A stretch of DNA of 64,000 bases. Source: Podarcis vaucheri (Eukaryota). The DNA lies in assembly GCA_965113315.1 (NCBI GenBank), contig OZ220371.1, one strand, 5' to 3'. The notes beneath the pieces are model-generated. The model saw only the letters and a program-made list of their open reading frames with translations, had not been told where the DNA came from and did no database searches. The position numbers and the translations under genes were made by a program. Within the stretch, counting starts at the first letter, position 1; each line of letters starts with the position of its first letter. Of this stretch, positions 13,555 to 26,420 are shown in pieces.

Positions 13555-16500
13555 CTTAGCTGCAACCCTAGCTTAGGTATTTCTGCTGAAGTTATACTGT
13601 TTTGAATGAACGAAATTATTTCATTTTATAATTGCATGATATATTGTTGTAACCCGCCCTGAGACCCTTATTGTGAAGGGCGGGTAACAAATCTGATAAA
13701 TAAATAAAAGTTGGTATTATAATGAAGACAAGACGTTTCCTCCTGCTCATGGTTCCAGCCAGCCAGCCCATTATTCCCATTGTCTTCCCTCACCTTGGTT
13801 TTCTGTTCTTCCAAAGGTCAATAAACATTCCATGCACACCAAACATGCTCAGTCTTCACTGGTTGTTTTATAGGTTTCTCCCTTTAGGTTTCCCCCCTCC
13901 AAATAAAATGTACTTCTCTAAACCTTAAGGCTCCTTGAAGTCCAACGATACTTGCCCTCTAAGTGCATAAATAATGCTATTTTGGCTACACGGGCATCTA
14001 TAATCACAAAATGTGGTTGCTATTAATACCTATGTATGCCGGACAAAACCACACACACACTACAAAAAAGAGCACCATTCCACATTGTGTGTTTCTTATA
14101 TCTGAGACTATCCAACACCCTGAAAAGTGTCAGTCAATGGACATAGTTAGAGAACTAACTCCATGCATTTAGCTGGGCTTCAAAGAGAAAAAAAATCAAA
14201 ATCAAAGTAACTTTTAGAGCTCAAAGAAGTTCCCCAAACTGTAGAGCAATGAATGAAGTGAAGAAAGAAACTGCTGCTGTTCAAATTGGGGGTGGAGGGT
14301 GGGGATTATACTTTATTTAACAGGTCGCAAGCCCTTGTATATGTTTAAATGTGCTCTTGGGATCATGGCTGGGATCACGGTACAAATAAAATGGAAATGT
14401 AACCAAACACCTTTCTTAAATTCTAGATAGGTAAATATTAACACAAAAGACACCCAGATGGTGCAGATCAGGTAGTTGGGTTGCTCAAGGCTAAAATCAT
14501 AGAATTTTTAAAAGAAAACTAAAGGAGAATTTCAGTGCAGTGCTCAAAACATTTTAATTGCATGTCAGTGATCAAAGTCTGGCACAACACCTCCGAGATT
14601 TACCTGCAATATAGCATTAGTAGGGTATTTCTATATCACAATATACTTTTCACGCCAATCCCTCTAGTCTCACTATTTTCATGACATGGGATTTGAAAAT
14701 AGCAATGAAAAAAATCTCTCAGATTTAAACTGACTACAATTTAAATTCTATTTGTATTGTCATACACATTTTAGTATGTGTTCACAGAAGTGAACGAAGA
14801 AATGCAGTTTTCATTTTGGGGAATATTCCAGTCATGTTTAAGATTTAATAGTGAAGAGCTGAGAAAAGTTATGTGGTGTTTTGTGCGGAGTATGTGGTAT
14901 ATAACTTAAGGTAGAGCAGTGATGTGAGAAATGATCTCTTCTGCTGAAATGGATTACAACCCATTGAAACAAATACTAGCTGCAAATTCCCAAATAAATA
15001 CTGAATAAGCACATATAACCTTCATCATGTGCTTAAAATGAAGGGCATCAGTTTAGACAAATAAAAATTAAGTTGCCAGCAATCAGAGGTGGCTAAAGCT
15101 TTCAAATTCCACTAAACCATGTTCAAATGAGTGCATACTTTGATGGAGAGATCATAAACTACAGTCAGGTATGTCATTGTAGAAGCTCAAAAGGTAGCAT
15201 GAACCATGAATGGAACGGGTGAAATGAGCACACCTAAACTGATGCCCATGCCATGCCCAAGAAAAAAATACGTGCCAAATAATTATTATTAAATAATAGT
15301 GGATGTTACTGGAAACTTTAAAGTAGAAAGAAAATAATTTTATAGTATGCACTATGTAATTTACAGTTTACATTAGTCATCAATATTTAATGAGATTAAT
15401 ACCATTCTTATTTACCAGTGTGATACATGTATAATTGCATGGGTTTCTTTATAAATGTTTTGTAGCACGAAACTTCTATTTCATTTAATTGAGAATATAA
15501 AACAGCACATCTGTGGATGCTTTAATTTTAAGAGATACATTTTTAAGTTGATACACTATTAATTCTTCACAATATTATTTTTGTAAGAAGATCTAGCATT
15601 TTTCATACAAAGAAACCAGTAACTAGCACTGAGTCCTACTTTGCATCTTCATAAAGTAATAGAATAATCAGATGGCTAACTGTTGTGTTCTGTGACCATT
15701 TATAGTAATGTGCTCAACACAAGCTGAATATAACTAGTGCTAGAGATGCATAAGACATGAACTGTCAGATCTCATAACAAAAGTATTTTTACTTGCAAGG
15801 ATTACTGTAAACATTTGACTGCTACCTAATAATTGAATTCAAACAAGGAGAAAGTTGGCATCAGTCAACTGAAGGTTTAAGTAATTAGGAGAAATTCAAA
15901 GTGTCATTCATTTCTAGAACTTAAATTTGCTTCCATGTTCTTTACCAGCTGGTTTTTACCAAAGAGAAATTTAGATTTTGCTATAGAAAATAAATCTGAA
16001 ATTTTCAGAAAGCTTGCTCGGCATTACCAAATGTTATTTTAAAGTAAACTGTAGCACACACATGGGCAAGCAGCTCAAACCACTAGCCACTCCAACCTAA
16101 AGTGGAAGTAGACATCTCATTCTGACCCTTATTACGACGCTGAACAAGATATGCCACTCAAGACAGACATAAAGAAAAAAATTATAATTAAGTTGACCAC
16201 TTTTGAATTTTACTTGTAATAAAGTGTTTAAAATCACAAGTAAATTTAAATGAAAAGCTACTGGCTCCATTGCAGGAGTCCCATTTGCAGAGGGGCCAGT
16301 GTTGTTCTGCTATACACAAATTATCCAAGTACACTTAATTTTCCCAACAGCATTATTTAATACAAAAGTTTAAAGCTTGTATTATCTATGAAACATTTCA
16401 TGTAAGGAGTTACAAAGAAAATATTCGCACAGCAGTGCTGAATAACTTATCCTACAAAGACACCATAATTAATTTTTACAATTTGATGTTTTAATTTATT

Positions 16501-16741
16501 CTTCAACAGAATTGGAGAACAATCTTTGGAAACGACATGGGCCAAACATACTGTTAAAGCATGCACATATACATGATTTTTCTAATTTCAAATTATGTAG
16601 GTTCCACAAGAAAATCGCAAAGGAAAATAACGTATGGGTCCTTCATGGACCGAAACTGCCACACCAGAGCTATGGTACTTAAAGATACAGTATACAACAG
16701 CAGGCCTTCACATACAAGGGGACAAAAATAATAGCACTTAC

Positions 16742-16888
16742 CCGTCTACGACAGAAAGGAAGACCTTGCGCAATGATGCTGATGCTAAATATCTTCATCA
16801 CAGTTTGGTGGGGCAATGGCGTTTTTGTACTTGGAAGATCAACAGGAACCAGGCCATGATTTACGGGTGATTTTCCTGGTTTTGACAT
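16742..16888 (-). CDS. FBXW7: FBXW7 gamma-isoform-specific first coding exon, 49 codons (partial CDS)
   Basis: MSKPGKSPVNHGLVPVDLPSTKTPLPHQTVMKIFSISIIAQGLPFCRRR closely matches the human FBXW7-gamma N-terminus as I recall it. Phase-0 donor CGG|GTAAGT after 16742. Confidence 0.95.
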
Positions 16889-17099
16889 TGTACAGTTTTC
16901 ACATGGTCCAGAATTGTTTGTAACAAAAGGGCATTACTAAGAAGCTCAACAAAATTGGTATCTGGTGTAACTGAGGGTTTTAAAGCAAAGGATTCTGCTT
17001 CCCAAGGCCTGTTTTCCTTTGTCTCAATCTTCTCAATCTCTCCTACCAAGTGTCTTGACCTGTCTGCTGCTTAGTGAAGTGCAAGCTATCCTAGTATAG

Positions 17100-17160
17100 A
17101 GCGGAATTATAAACGACTATGCCGACAGACTGTCCCTGCCAATCAAAGAGCTATTGGCCC
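17100..17160 (-). promoter_or_regulatory. Candidate FBXW7-gamma core promoter
   Basis: TATA-like TTTATAAT on the minus strand (17113-17106). CCAAT boxes at 17139-17143 and 17153-17157 in opposite orientations. About 220 bp upstream of the gamma ATG. Confidence 0.55.
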
Positions 17161-17891
17161 ACCCATGCAGTATCACTAACACATACTATCAAAATAGGTG
17201 ACATTTAAAAAAAATTCAATTGCTTAGAACTAAAATAGCAAAGCTTCAAACTAGAATCAAATGTATAAGTTATGGTTTTGACTGAATTTTTGTTAAGTGG
17301 GAGACGAAGCCCTAATACCTTCAGATCAAACAACCTGAAACAAAATACAACATAACATTTTCTAATTATGTAAGAAGAAATTAAACCTCTTCATGTTTGG
17401 GATTATATATAATAATGCAGTACCGTATTAATATGAAGCGTCTTGCCTATGTTCAGAATGACCAAGATACGGTCAGGACTATGTCAACTTTGACCCAATC
17501 TCTTGCTTACAGAACAATGACAGCAGCCACAATGTGAATCGATTTAGTGGATTTGCCAACCCCAGAGTCACTATGAGGGCCAACTCCTTTTTTATTAATT
17601 TGCTCATTGTTGTTCTTTGATGAATATCGGTTTTTCTTATTTTTGTCTGAGATGCTCCCCATGAGTTGATGAGTGTAAGGTGTAACTAGTGGCTGTGTCT
17701 GACTGGAAGGAGAGGGCTTTATCTCCTCAGAAGAAAAGGTGTCTGCATTTCTCCAGGTGAGAGATAGGCAAAAAGGAGTAGCTTTTCCATGTTGTATTTT
17801 GATGCCTTGTATATGATGTGCTTCTGTAGTTCTCAGTTGTTTTACCTATGTACGTAGTTTAGAGCTATTTACTGTTGCCTAATCATGCTGC

Positions 17892-18232
17892 GCTGTGGGT
17901 TAAACCACAGAGCCTAGGACTTGCCGATCAGAAGGTCGGAGGTTCGAATCCCCGCGACAGCGTGAGCTCCCGTTGCTCATTCCTTGCTTCTGCCAACCTA
18001 GCTGTTCGAAAGCACGTCAAAGTGCAAGTAGATAAATAGGTACCACTCCAGCGGGAAGGTAAATGGCATTTCCGTGCGCTGCTCTGGTTCGCCAGAAGCG
18101 GCTTAGTCATGCTGGCAACATGACCCGGAAGCTGTACACCGGTTCCCTCGGCCAATAAAGCGAGATAAGCGCTGCAACCCCAGAGTCGGTCACGACTGGA
18201 CCTAATGGTCAGGGGTCCCCTTTACCCTTTTT
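17892..18232 (+). mobile_element. Sauria SINE, near full length
   Basis: tRNA-like head with B box GGTTCGAATCC, Sauria core, TSD TAATCAT(G/A)CTGC. Confidence 0.9.
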
Positions 18233-19828
18233 TAATCATACTGCTTAAAATGTGGAATACGTTTTGAATGTGTATTTCATATATTCATTCTTTTTTGTAA
18301 AAGCACAGATCTCTCTTGAAACAGGAAGCAGTATGTAAAACAATTAACTAAATAAATAAACTGTTCGTGGTATTTACCTAGATTAGGAGGACAAGCTATA
18401 TAGCACAAGATAGTCAGCATTTTTTTTTCAGGCTATGATGCTAATAGCCATGATTGCTAACCTCATAGAAACAAACAAACAGAAGAGTTGCAGTCATTTG
18501 GGGTGGGAAAGGATAAACAAGTAGGGACACTGCAAATCACAGGAACTAAGAAAACAGGAAGTCGTGGACAAAGTTTGGGGAGATGCAGGAATAAATGCCA
18601 GGGAAAGTATCAGAGGAATGAAGACTGGTGGTCCATTTTCCAGTATCCTATACATTTTGGGCCTGAGCTGGGCTGCCAGCATCATGCTGTTCTCCTTTAA
18701 AGGAAGCATAGAAGAAATATTCTCAGAGCCTAGGAACAATAAGGATCCTTGTGTGAATTTCCAATGGTGCAGAGGGCAATCTTAGTTATGATTACTAATA
18801 AAGTTGGATCATCGTTCACTCAGATTTTTAAAAAGGATATTGAGTTTAAAGGATATTGAGTACAAAGCAACAGCTATTCCCAGTCATGATGTGTTACCCA
18901 TACATTACATTACTCAAAATGTATGTAGAGTGTATAAAAACAAGAAGTGGTGATGGACTGAGAACTGTTACTGAAATTGCTGGACCATTATTGAAATTGG
19001 AATTAACTTGCGGATAGTTGCTGAAATTTTAATTCAGTTATTACGAAAATGGAATTTTCACTGAGCATGTAGTAAAAAGTTGTTTACAATGAAGAGCAGT
19101 ATTACTGAACATATCACTTGCAAGCTGGAGACAGTGAAACTTAACAGAACTCTTATCTTGTGAGCATCTGCCCTCAAATGGATAAGAGTGATCACTACAA
19201 CATTTAGCATTATTTATACTGCTTCTTATGAGATACTTACTATAATACACAAAGCAATCTGGAAGTTAGTTGTTTTTCATAAGTAAGATTTTTTAAAAAG
19301 TTTACCATTAAATATTAACTTAAATCAGGGTGGCAAATTGTTCTTTTAAATGTGATTTGCAACCCACTGCACTCCCTAATTAATAAACACTTCAGATTTT
19401 GCAAAACCTGACTGCTTTACTGTTCCTGACAGACATGGTGGCCTAAGGGCTACACTACACATATTTACGTAGAGACCAGAGTGCAGAAGTACATTAAGTG
19501 TAACAATAACACACCCCACATGAAGTAATTGTTGGTAAGAGATAAGTGAGTAGATTTAAAACAGGTATTCCACAGGATGAGAATAATAATACATCACAAA
19601 GCTGTGTGTCCCAGTTTTCACTGGAGATTTCATGATATTGGTCTGCTTATTATAACTCACCTGCTTCCCTGGATGACCTCAGGAAGGGTTGTGCTACTGT
19701 TATATTTCATAAGGCATAGAAATGAAGAATGATAGGGAAAGGGAAAGGCTCCAAAATCATCTAAGCAGTAACATGCACAACTTTGTTAACTGTACAAAGC
19801 GCAAATTTCATATGCAGAGAACAGAGTA

Positions 19829-20081
19829 CAGTGGTACCTCTGTTTTCGGACCTCTCCCATTGCCAGATGTTTCGGTTTTTGAACGCCAAAAAACTGGAAG
19901 TAAATGCTTCCATTTCCGAATGCGCCTTGGAAGCTGAATGGCTTCCGTTGCGTGTATCTGTTGTTTTTCACAATTTTCTCTATTGAACTGGCAGGTCGCC
20001 CTTTGCGCCTCAGTTTTCAAACGTTTTGGAAGTCGAGCAGTCTTCTGGAACAGATTACATTAGAAAACCAAGGTTCCACTG
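19829..20081. mobile_element. Tc1/mariner MITE, family B
   Basis: TA|CAGTGGTACCTC...AAGGTTCCACTG|TA; interior differs from family A. Confidence 0.8.
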
Positions 20082-21770
20082 TATATGTTTTAAAAAATGC
20101 ATTAGCTAGACATTTGTTGAGTATGTTTTGAACAGGGAAGTATTGTTGTTTTAAATCCTAACTTCTGCTTCACTTGCCCTACCTGCTTTCAAATTAACAT
20201 TTCACGAACATTTGTTTTCCTCCTCCATTAAATATTTCAGAAAGTATTTCAAATATGTAACACAAACCCCACTGATCGTCTTGCATTCTGCAAACATTCT
20301 AGAAATGTCAGTCCAATCCTTATCAGCTATAACATGATTTATCTCATGCTTAAGTATAACTCTTTGGTCGTCTCAGGATAGTACCAGCTGTTAAAGAAGT
20401 ACTACAGCTGCTCTTCAAGAATTCAGTGGCAGATTGCATCTTTGTACCCCAGTACACCTTTCAAACAAAATATACCATAAAACAGCCAAAAAAATGTTCT
20501 TATCATTCTCCAAATGCAGGGAAACGAAAAGATAGGTATGTATACTGCACTTTAATAAGCAACAAGCTTAACTGTCTGAGCTACCACCTTGTAATCTCAT
20601 TTAAGATGTTGACAACTGAGTTTCAAAGAATGTGACATGCCTAAACCCCTCCCTACTTATGTATCTATAGCTCAGCTATGATAAGCCCAAATTCAAGTAC
20701 AACGCTCTATCCATTTTCACATTTTGCCTATTAAAATACTGAATTGAAAAACTTTGTTCACCACTAAGTAAGCCGTGTAAGCATGTACTGGAAAGGTCAT
20801 CAGCACACAGAAATATTCAGTTTAACTAAATTGTAGTACCGTATTTTAAATCTTACTACTCTACATAGAAAATCTTAAGAGGAGGAGGAGAACCACCTGC
20901 AGACTGTTCATTTTGTGAAAAGAACAGTGGGTTGTATCCGACAGGTTAGGAAACCCTCCAGAAAAGATTTGGCAGAAAAGCAGGAGGCTGCAGAGAGGCA
21001 GGGGAAGTCCTGTTGCACAAGTGGAACTCACACAATATTGGACTCAACCCAGTATTTTTAGCAGAAACTTACTTGCCTTTTCATAACTGCATCAATGGAT
21101 TTTAGGTGTGCTACAAATTTAAAATATTTTTAAAAGTTTAAGCACTTAATAACAGAAGCTTCTAATGTTCTTTGATAACATATCTGACTTACTAGAAATA
21201 TTCCATATAATACATATAAGCAAGCAAATGGAAAAACACACACTAACCAATTGTTACATGGCATTCACGCGGTAGTGGCAGTTTAAGCTGCATAATCCTG
21301 TTCAGCTGGCAAATAGCATGCTGAAAAAGAGTGCGGCGTTATTAATAATAGCTCAAGATATGCGAAGTAAAGAATGTTTGAGCTGCCAAAAAAAGGCAGG
21401 TAGTCTGAGGCAGACTGAAATTCTTGATCTGTCTTGTTTGTTCTTATGTGCTTCAGTGATCTAAATAGGTATGGGAAGCATTCTTATGTAAATGGAATTA
21501 ATTATATATACATTAAGATTAAATAGTTCATGCCGACTTTGGCGATGTGACTCAAAGAATGGCACCACTAGTTTAAACACCCTCTAGTTGACCCAATTGT
21601 ATCGTGCTGCCCTCAAGACTAACTGCTGTCAAACTGGTACCTTACTCACTAGACTCCTGTTACCCACTGCTGAGTCCTAATCTATTTGTAAACACTTGTT
21701 CAGAAGACACTTTGGAAATTCTCTGTAAGATTAAACCTTAAATCTTCCAGGGGCAGGAACAACCATACTA

Positions 21771-21978
21771 CAGTGGTACCTCTCATTGCGAACGCAACCC
21801 GTAGCGGTGTGTCTGAGCATGCGCGGATTGCGATTTGCTGCTTCTGTGCATGGCGTCATTTTGCGCGTCTGCGCATGCGCCAAAACCCGGAAGTAACCCT
21901 TTCCGGTACTTCCAGGTCGCGGCGGGACGTAACCTGAAAGAACGTAACATGAAGCGGACGTAACATGAGGTATGACTG
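21771..21978. mobile_element. Tc1/mariner MITE, family C (CpG-rich)
   Basis: TA|CAGTGGTACCTC...GAGGTATGACTG|TA with subterminal CGTAAC(C/A)TGA repeats. Confidence 0.8.
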
Positions 21979-22009
21979 TACTGAAATTCAGAACGGTATG
22001 TATGCGTCT

Positions 22010-22160
22010 GAATGCCAGCTGCTAGGAATCACAAACAGAGAGAGAGTTCTGTTGAACTTAGGTCCGGCTTGCAGACTTTCCATAGGCTGACCACTGTGAG
22101 AACAGGATGATGGATTAGATTGGTATCTGGCTTGATCCAGAAGGGCTCTTCTTATGTTTA
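22010..22160 (+). mobile_element. CR1-type 3' UTR fragment
   Basis: Ends ...tgatccagaagggctcttcttatgtt; a reverse-oriented relative lies near 48817-48930. Confidence 0.6.
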
Positions 22161-24152
22161 TATTAACTACAAGATGTTCCTGTTTGGTCTTCGCTTCTCC
22201 TGTAGCGAGGAGAGCAAGGAACAATTCCTTCCAAAATTTGCACTGAACTAGTCCCTAGTGTCTGCCCTTTTAAAAACTGCTGACTAGCAGCTTAAAAAAG
22301 CTTTGGACCCAGTGGTCTGGTTCAGAAAATGATTCAAGATTTTAAGCAACACAAGTTATGAAACTGGGAATAAGAAGTTTCCTTGCCTTTCTCCCATCAC
22401 ACACGGACTTTGGCACAGAGATCCTGGGTTGTAATAAGCTATGTCCAAACTGAGAAACTCTGACTTAACAACAGACAACAAACAAGGAAAGAAGTCAGAA
22501 TGTGATTAATCATCTGAACCAAGCCACTGCCACACAGCTTAATAATCAAAATATGTGGGAAAATAGAAGGTTGAAGGGCAACTGCAAATACAAGTCATGT
22601 CTGCTTTGTCACAGCCTACAGGAAAATTAAGCAAGTGTCAGATCTGGTCTATAGGCAGTGGGCTAAAGTGAGTTAGAAACTGGGAGTCATAATCAAGAGA
22701 AATCTAGGAGGCAGGACTGCCACAGCAAGTCAGGACCAAAGAGCAAGAGCAGAAACAAAATGTGCATGCACACATGAGAATCCAGCTGCTCAAACAAGTT
22801 TCAATGAAAAGCACGTCCTCCTTATATACTCCATGCTCAGGAGGGATCAATGAGCAGCCGCTGTGGTGGAGGCAGGATTTGGAAGATTCCTCCCTAAGAG
22901 GCTGCAGCTATGTGGCTCACCACATGGGGGAGTGGTTAGCCATTCCTGGCAATAAAGGATATTAGACGCTTATGAAAAATGTAGTACTATATAGAATTTG
23001 CTGGGACAGAACAAAGGAGGTAGTAAGTAGTTAAATACAGTAGAGGCCACTGTAAGTAGGATAGTGCAGAAAGCGGCAACTCTTTCTCCAATGCATGAAG
23101 CAAGCAAAGCTACACTAAAGGGAAGGGATAAACCCTCTGTCAAATATGGCAGAAGTCAGTATGATCTTGCTGCTCCTTGCAGTAGATAGTCTGATCCATC
23201 CAGAGCTGAGGTGTAAGCTGGCCAGCTCCATCTCCCTTGTGGCTGAAACTATGAAGGAAGCTGCTGCCCAGGCCCGTACTGTGAAACTGAGTAAGGAAAC
23301 CCGTCACATAGGGATAATGACAAGTGGTAGTGGACTGGTGACTCAACAGTTATTGCTGATGAATTATTTTTCAGTTATTATTAGTTCCATAGAACTGCAT
23401 TGTTTATGTAATTGTTAGAATCTGCTTTCCTAGCGTGCTCGTAATCTGTTTGATATGGTTATATTTGTTGTTTGCTTGCTTTTAAAAAAAGACACTCTGT
23501 AACTGTTGTGATCCACTTTCAGCTCCGCTTTGGTACTGAAAAAGCAGCATACAAAAGCAGCAACTGCTACAGGATAAAGCAAGAATGGATTTGAATTAAA
23601 GATGAAGGATTTTAATTATTTAGCAACAGAGCAAATTGCAGGCATTGTTATAGACCTCACACTTACCCCTACAGTGGTTTCGAGTTTATAGCATATACAG
23701 TACCATAGGGTTGTGCATTTTCACTATGGATCTCTTCTTGCCTAATGTACACCAATGTTGCCGTGCCCAAAAGCAATATCTGAATTAAAAGGTTCTCCAG
23801 TCATCAGTGTAAGCTTTTAAATTCATGAGATTTCTTTTCCAGACCATGTATGCCATCATCTCACTCATCCACTCCCCTTACCATAGGTTCTCTTAGATTT
23901 TAATATAACTTTTATTAATTTTCAAAAAAAGGTTGTAATAGATTCTGCAAATATAATGTTATCAAACAGGATATTGTGGCAATATACACAGTCCATATAC
24001 AGTTATAGATCACTGTCGAACAGACAGACATATAATAATACCAAAATAAACCACAGTGAAACTAGAACTATTTATGGCACAGACATAATTGTTAAACAAA
24101 ACAAGGTTACAAAACATGAACCTTGTTACATCAAGGGAAGGCAATTAAAGTA

Positions 24153-24563
24153 CCGTATTTTTCGCATCATAGGGTGCACTGGACCATAGGGCGCACCCAG
24201 TTTTTAGGGGGGGAAATCAAGAAAAAAATTATTTCCCCCCCCCAGCCCCAAAGAGCAGCGTACAGGCTGCATACAACCTCTCCCTGCCAGAGGGGTTGCG
24301 CGCAGCTATGGAAGAAGGCAAGGCAGCGAGTGGGATGGACCCCGCTCGCTGTTTTGGCTTCCCCTTTAGCCCCGTGCAGCCTCTCCTTGCCGGGAGACGC
24401 TGCGCAGGGCTAAAGAAGCCATAGCTCCGTGCAGCCTCTCCCTGCCGGAGGGGTTGCGCGCGGCGATGGCACAAGCCGCCTGCATTCGCTCCATAGGACG
24501 CACACACATTTCCCCTCAATTTTTGGAGGGGAAAAACTGCGTCCAATAGAGTGAAAAATACGG
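24153..24563 (-). mobile_element. Non-autonomous TcMar (Tc2/pogo-like) element, short copy, 411 bp
   Basis: TIRs CCGTATTTTTCGC / GTGAAAAATACGG with TA flanks. Confidence 0.88.
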
Positions 24564-25482
24564 TATTCAAATGCCCCAAGTCACTATACCAGCCATACTT
24601 GTTCATAGGTTGAGAAGGGTCCTTGGCCATGTTCCTCCTTGCTTAGAAATGAAATAAAGTCAGAGCAAATCATTATCAACCAACACTCATGAGAATCTTC
24701 CACATTAGGCAGGTAAATATATACAGGTAATTTTATTGCATTTTTCCTGCAGCCACAGGCACTAGCAAAACATTCATCTTTAATCTCTCAGTGTTTACCT
24801 TGGACACAGCCTCTGAAACATACTAAGAAGTGGCGAACGTTAACATGTATGACCCAGGCAATGAATTTCAAAAAATCTACCCCATATTCATGTTGAGGGG
24901 GGTAAGAGATTAGTTCAGCAAAGGAGTGCAAAGCTAATTTAAGCTACGAAAGCAAAATGTGAAGTAAGAGAGTCCCACTGAATGGCATGAGGCTCAGCAG
25001 TTTAAAACTATCAAGGAATACAACTGAGAATATCTATGCAAATTTCCCTCAGTCCAGTCCTCTCAAGTGACTGTGCATGCTTATCACTCTTAGCAGTGGT
25101 GTTTTTATTTTACAATCATCAAGAAAGCCAAGCCAACTAGAGTTCATTCTGGAGCCAACTCCAGTAGCTGGCAAATCCCAGCCCTCCCTTTCCACTTTGG
25201 TTGCCATGTAAAACCTTTCTGGCAGTAGGAGATGTTTGACAGTGGAACTCTTGGAAAGTGGTGGGCTCTCCTTCTTTGGAAGTTTTTAAGCAGAGGTTGG
25301 ATGGCAACCTGTCATGTACCGTATTTTTCGCACTATAGGACGCACTTTTTCCCCTCCAAAAATGAAGGGGAAATGTGTGTGCGTCCTATGGTGCGAATGC
25401 AGGCTTTCGCTGAAGCCTGGAGAGCGAGAGGGGTCGGTGCGCACCGACCCCTCTCGCTCTCCAGGCTTCAGGAGAGCCCCAC

Positions 25483-25905
25483 CGCCAGCCCCACAAGCTC
25501 GGGGGACAGCGGGAGAGGCGCAGCGCGCCCTTCCCGCTGTCCCCCGACTTGGTTAGAAGGCTGGCGGGGGGAGAAGCCTGCTCCTCCCCGTCGCCAGCCC
25601 CGCAAACTCGGGGGACAGCGGGAGAGGCGCAGCGCGCCTTTGCCGCTGTCCCCCGACTTGTCTAGAAGGCTGGCGGGGCGAGAAGCCTGCTCCTCCCCGT
25701 CGCCAGCCCCGCAAACTCGGGGGACAGCAGCAGGGGCGCAACGCGCCTTTGCCACTGTCCCCCGACTTGGCTAGAAGGCTGGCGGGGGGAGAAGCCTGCT
25801 CCTCCCCGTCGCCAGCCCCGCAAACTCGGGAGACAGCGGCAGGGGCGCAGCGCGCCCTTCCCGCTGTCCCCCGACTTGGTTAGAAGGCTGGCGGGGGGGG
25901 AGCCT
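25483..25905. repeat. GC-rich minisatellite, 109-bp period, about 4 copies
   Basis: Units start at 25483, 25592, 25701 and 25810; each holds the hairpin GGGGGACAGCGG...CCGCTGTCCCCC. Confidence 0.95.
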
Positions 25906-26420
25906 GGTTTTGCGGGAGGCGGGGGAATCCCCCCGCCTCCCAGGAAAGCCAGGAGAAGCCGTGCAGCCCTTTTAAAAGGCGTGCGGCTTCTGCCAGTTTT
26001 GCGGGAGGTGGGGGAATCCCCCCGCCTCCCAGGAAAGCCAGGAGAAGCCGTGCAGCCCTTTTAAAAGGCGCGTGGCTTCTGCCGGTTTTGCGGGAGGCGG
26101 GGGAATCCCCCCGCCTCCCAGGAAAGCCAGGAGAAGCCGTGCAGCCCTTTTAAAAGGCGCGCGGCTTCTGCCGGTTTTGCAGGAGGTGGGGGAATCCCCC
26201 CGCCTCCCAGGAAAGCCAGGAGAAGCCGTGCAGCCCTTTTAAAAGGCGTGCGGCTTCTGCCGGTTTTGCGGGAGGTGGGGGAATTCCCCCACCTCCCAGG
26301 AAAGCCAGGAGAAGCCGCGATCTCTTTAAAGGGTTTGCACGGCTTCTGCGGGCTTTTAGGAGAGGTGAGGGAATCCCCTCACCTCCCAGTAAAGCCAGGA
26401 AAGCCCTGTGCAGCCCCTCC
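25906..26420. repeat. GC-rich minisatellite, 89-bp period, 5 copies plus a partial one
   Basis: Units start at 25906, 25995, 26084, 26173, 26262 and 26351; each has two hairpins (GGGAGGCGGGGG-AAT-CCCCCCGCCTCCC and GAAGCCG...TTTTAAAA...CGGCTTC). Confidence 0.95.

Noticed and set aside
17892-17975. tRNA gene
   Set aside because: The A/B-box-like sequence is the SINE head; there is no full cloverleaf.
25483-26420. CRISPR-like array of palindromic repeats
   Set aside because: The units are contiguous tandem copies with no unique spacers, lie inside a TIR element in vertebrate DNA, and no cas genes are present.
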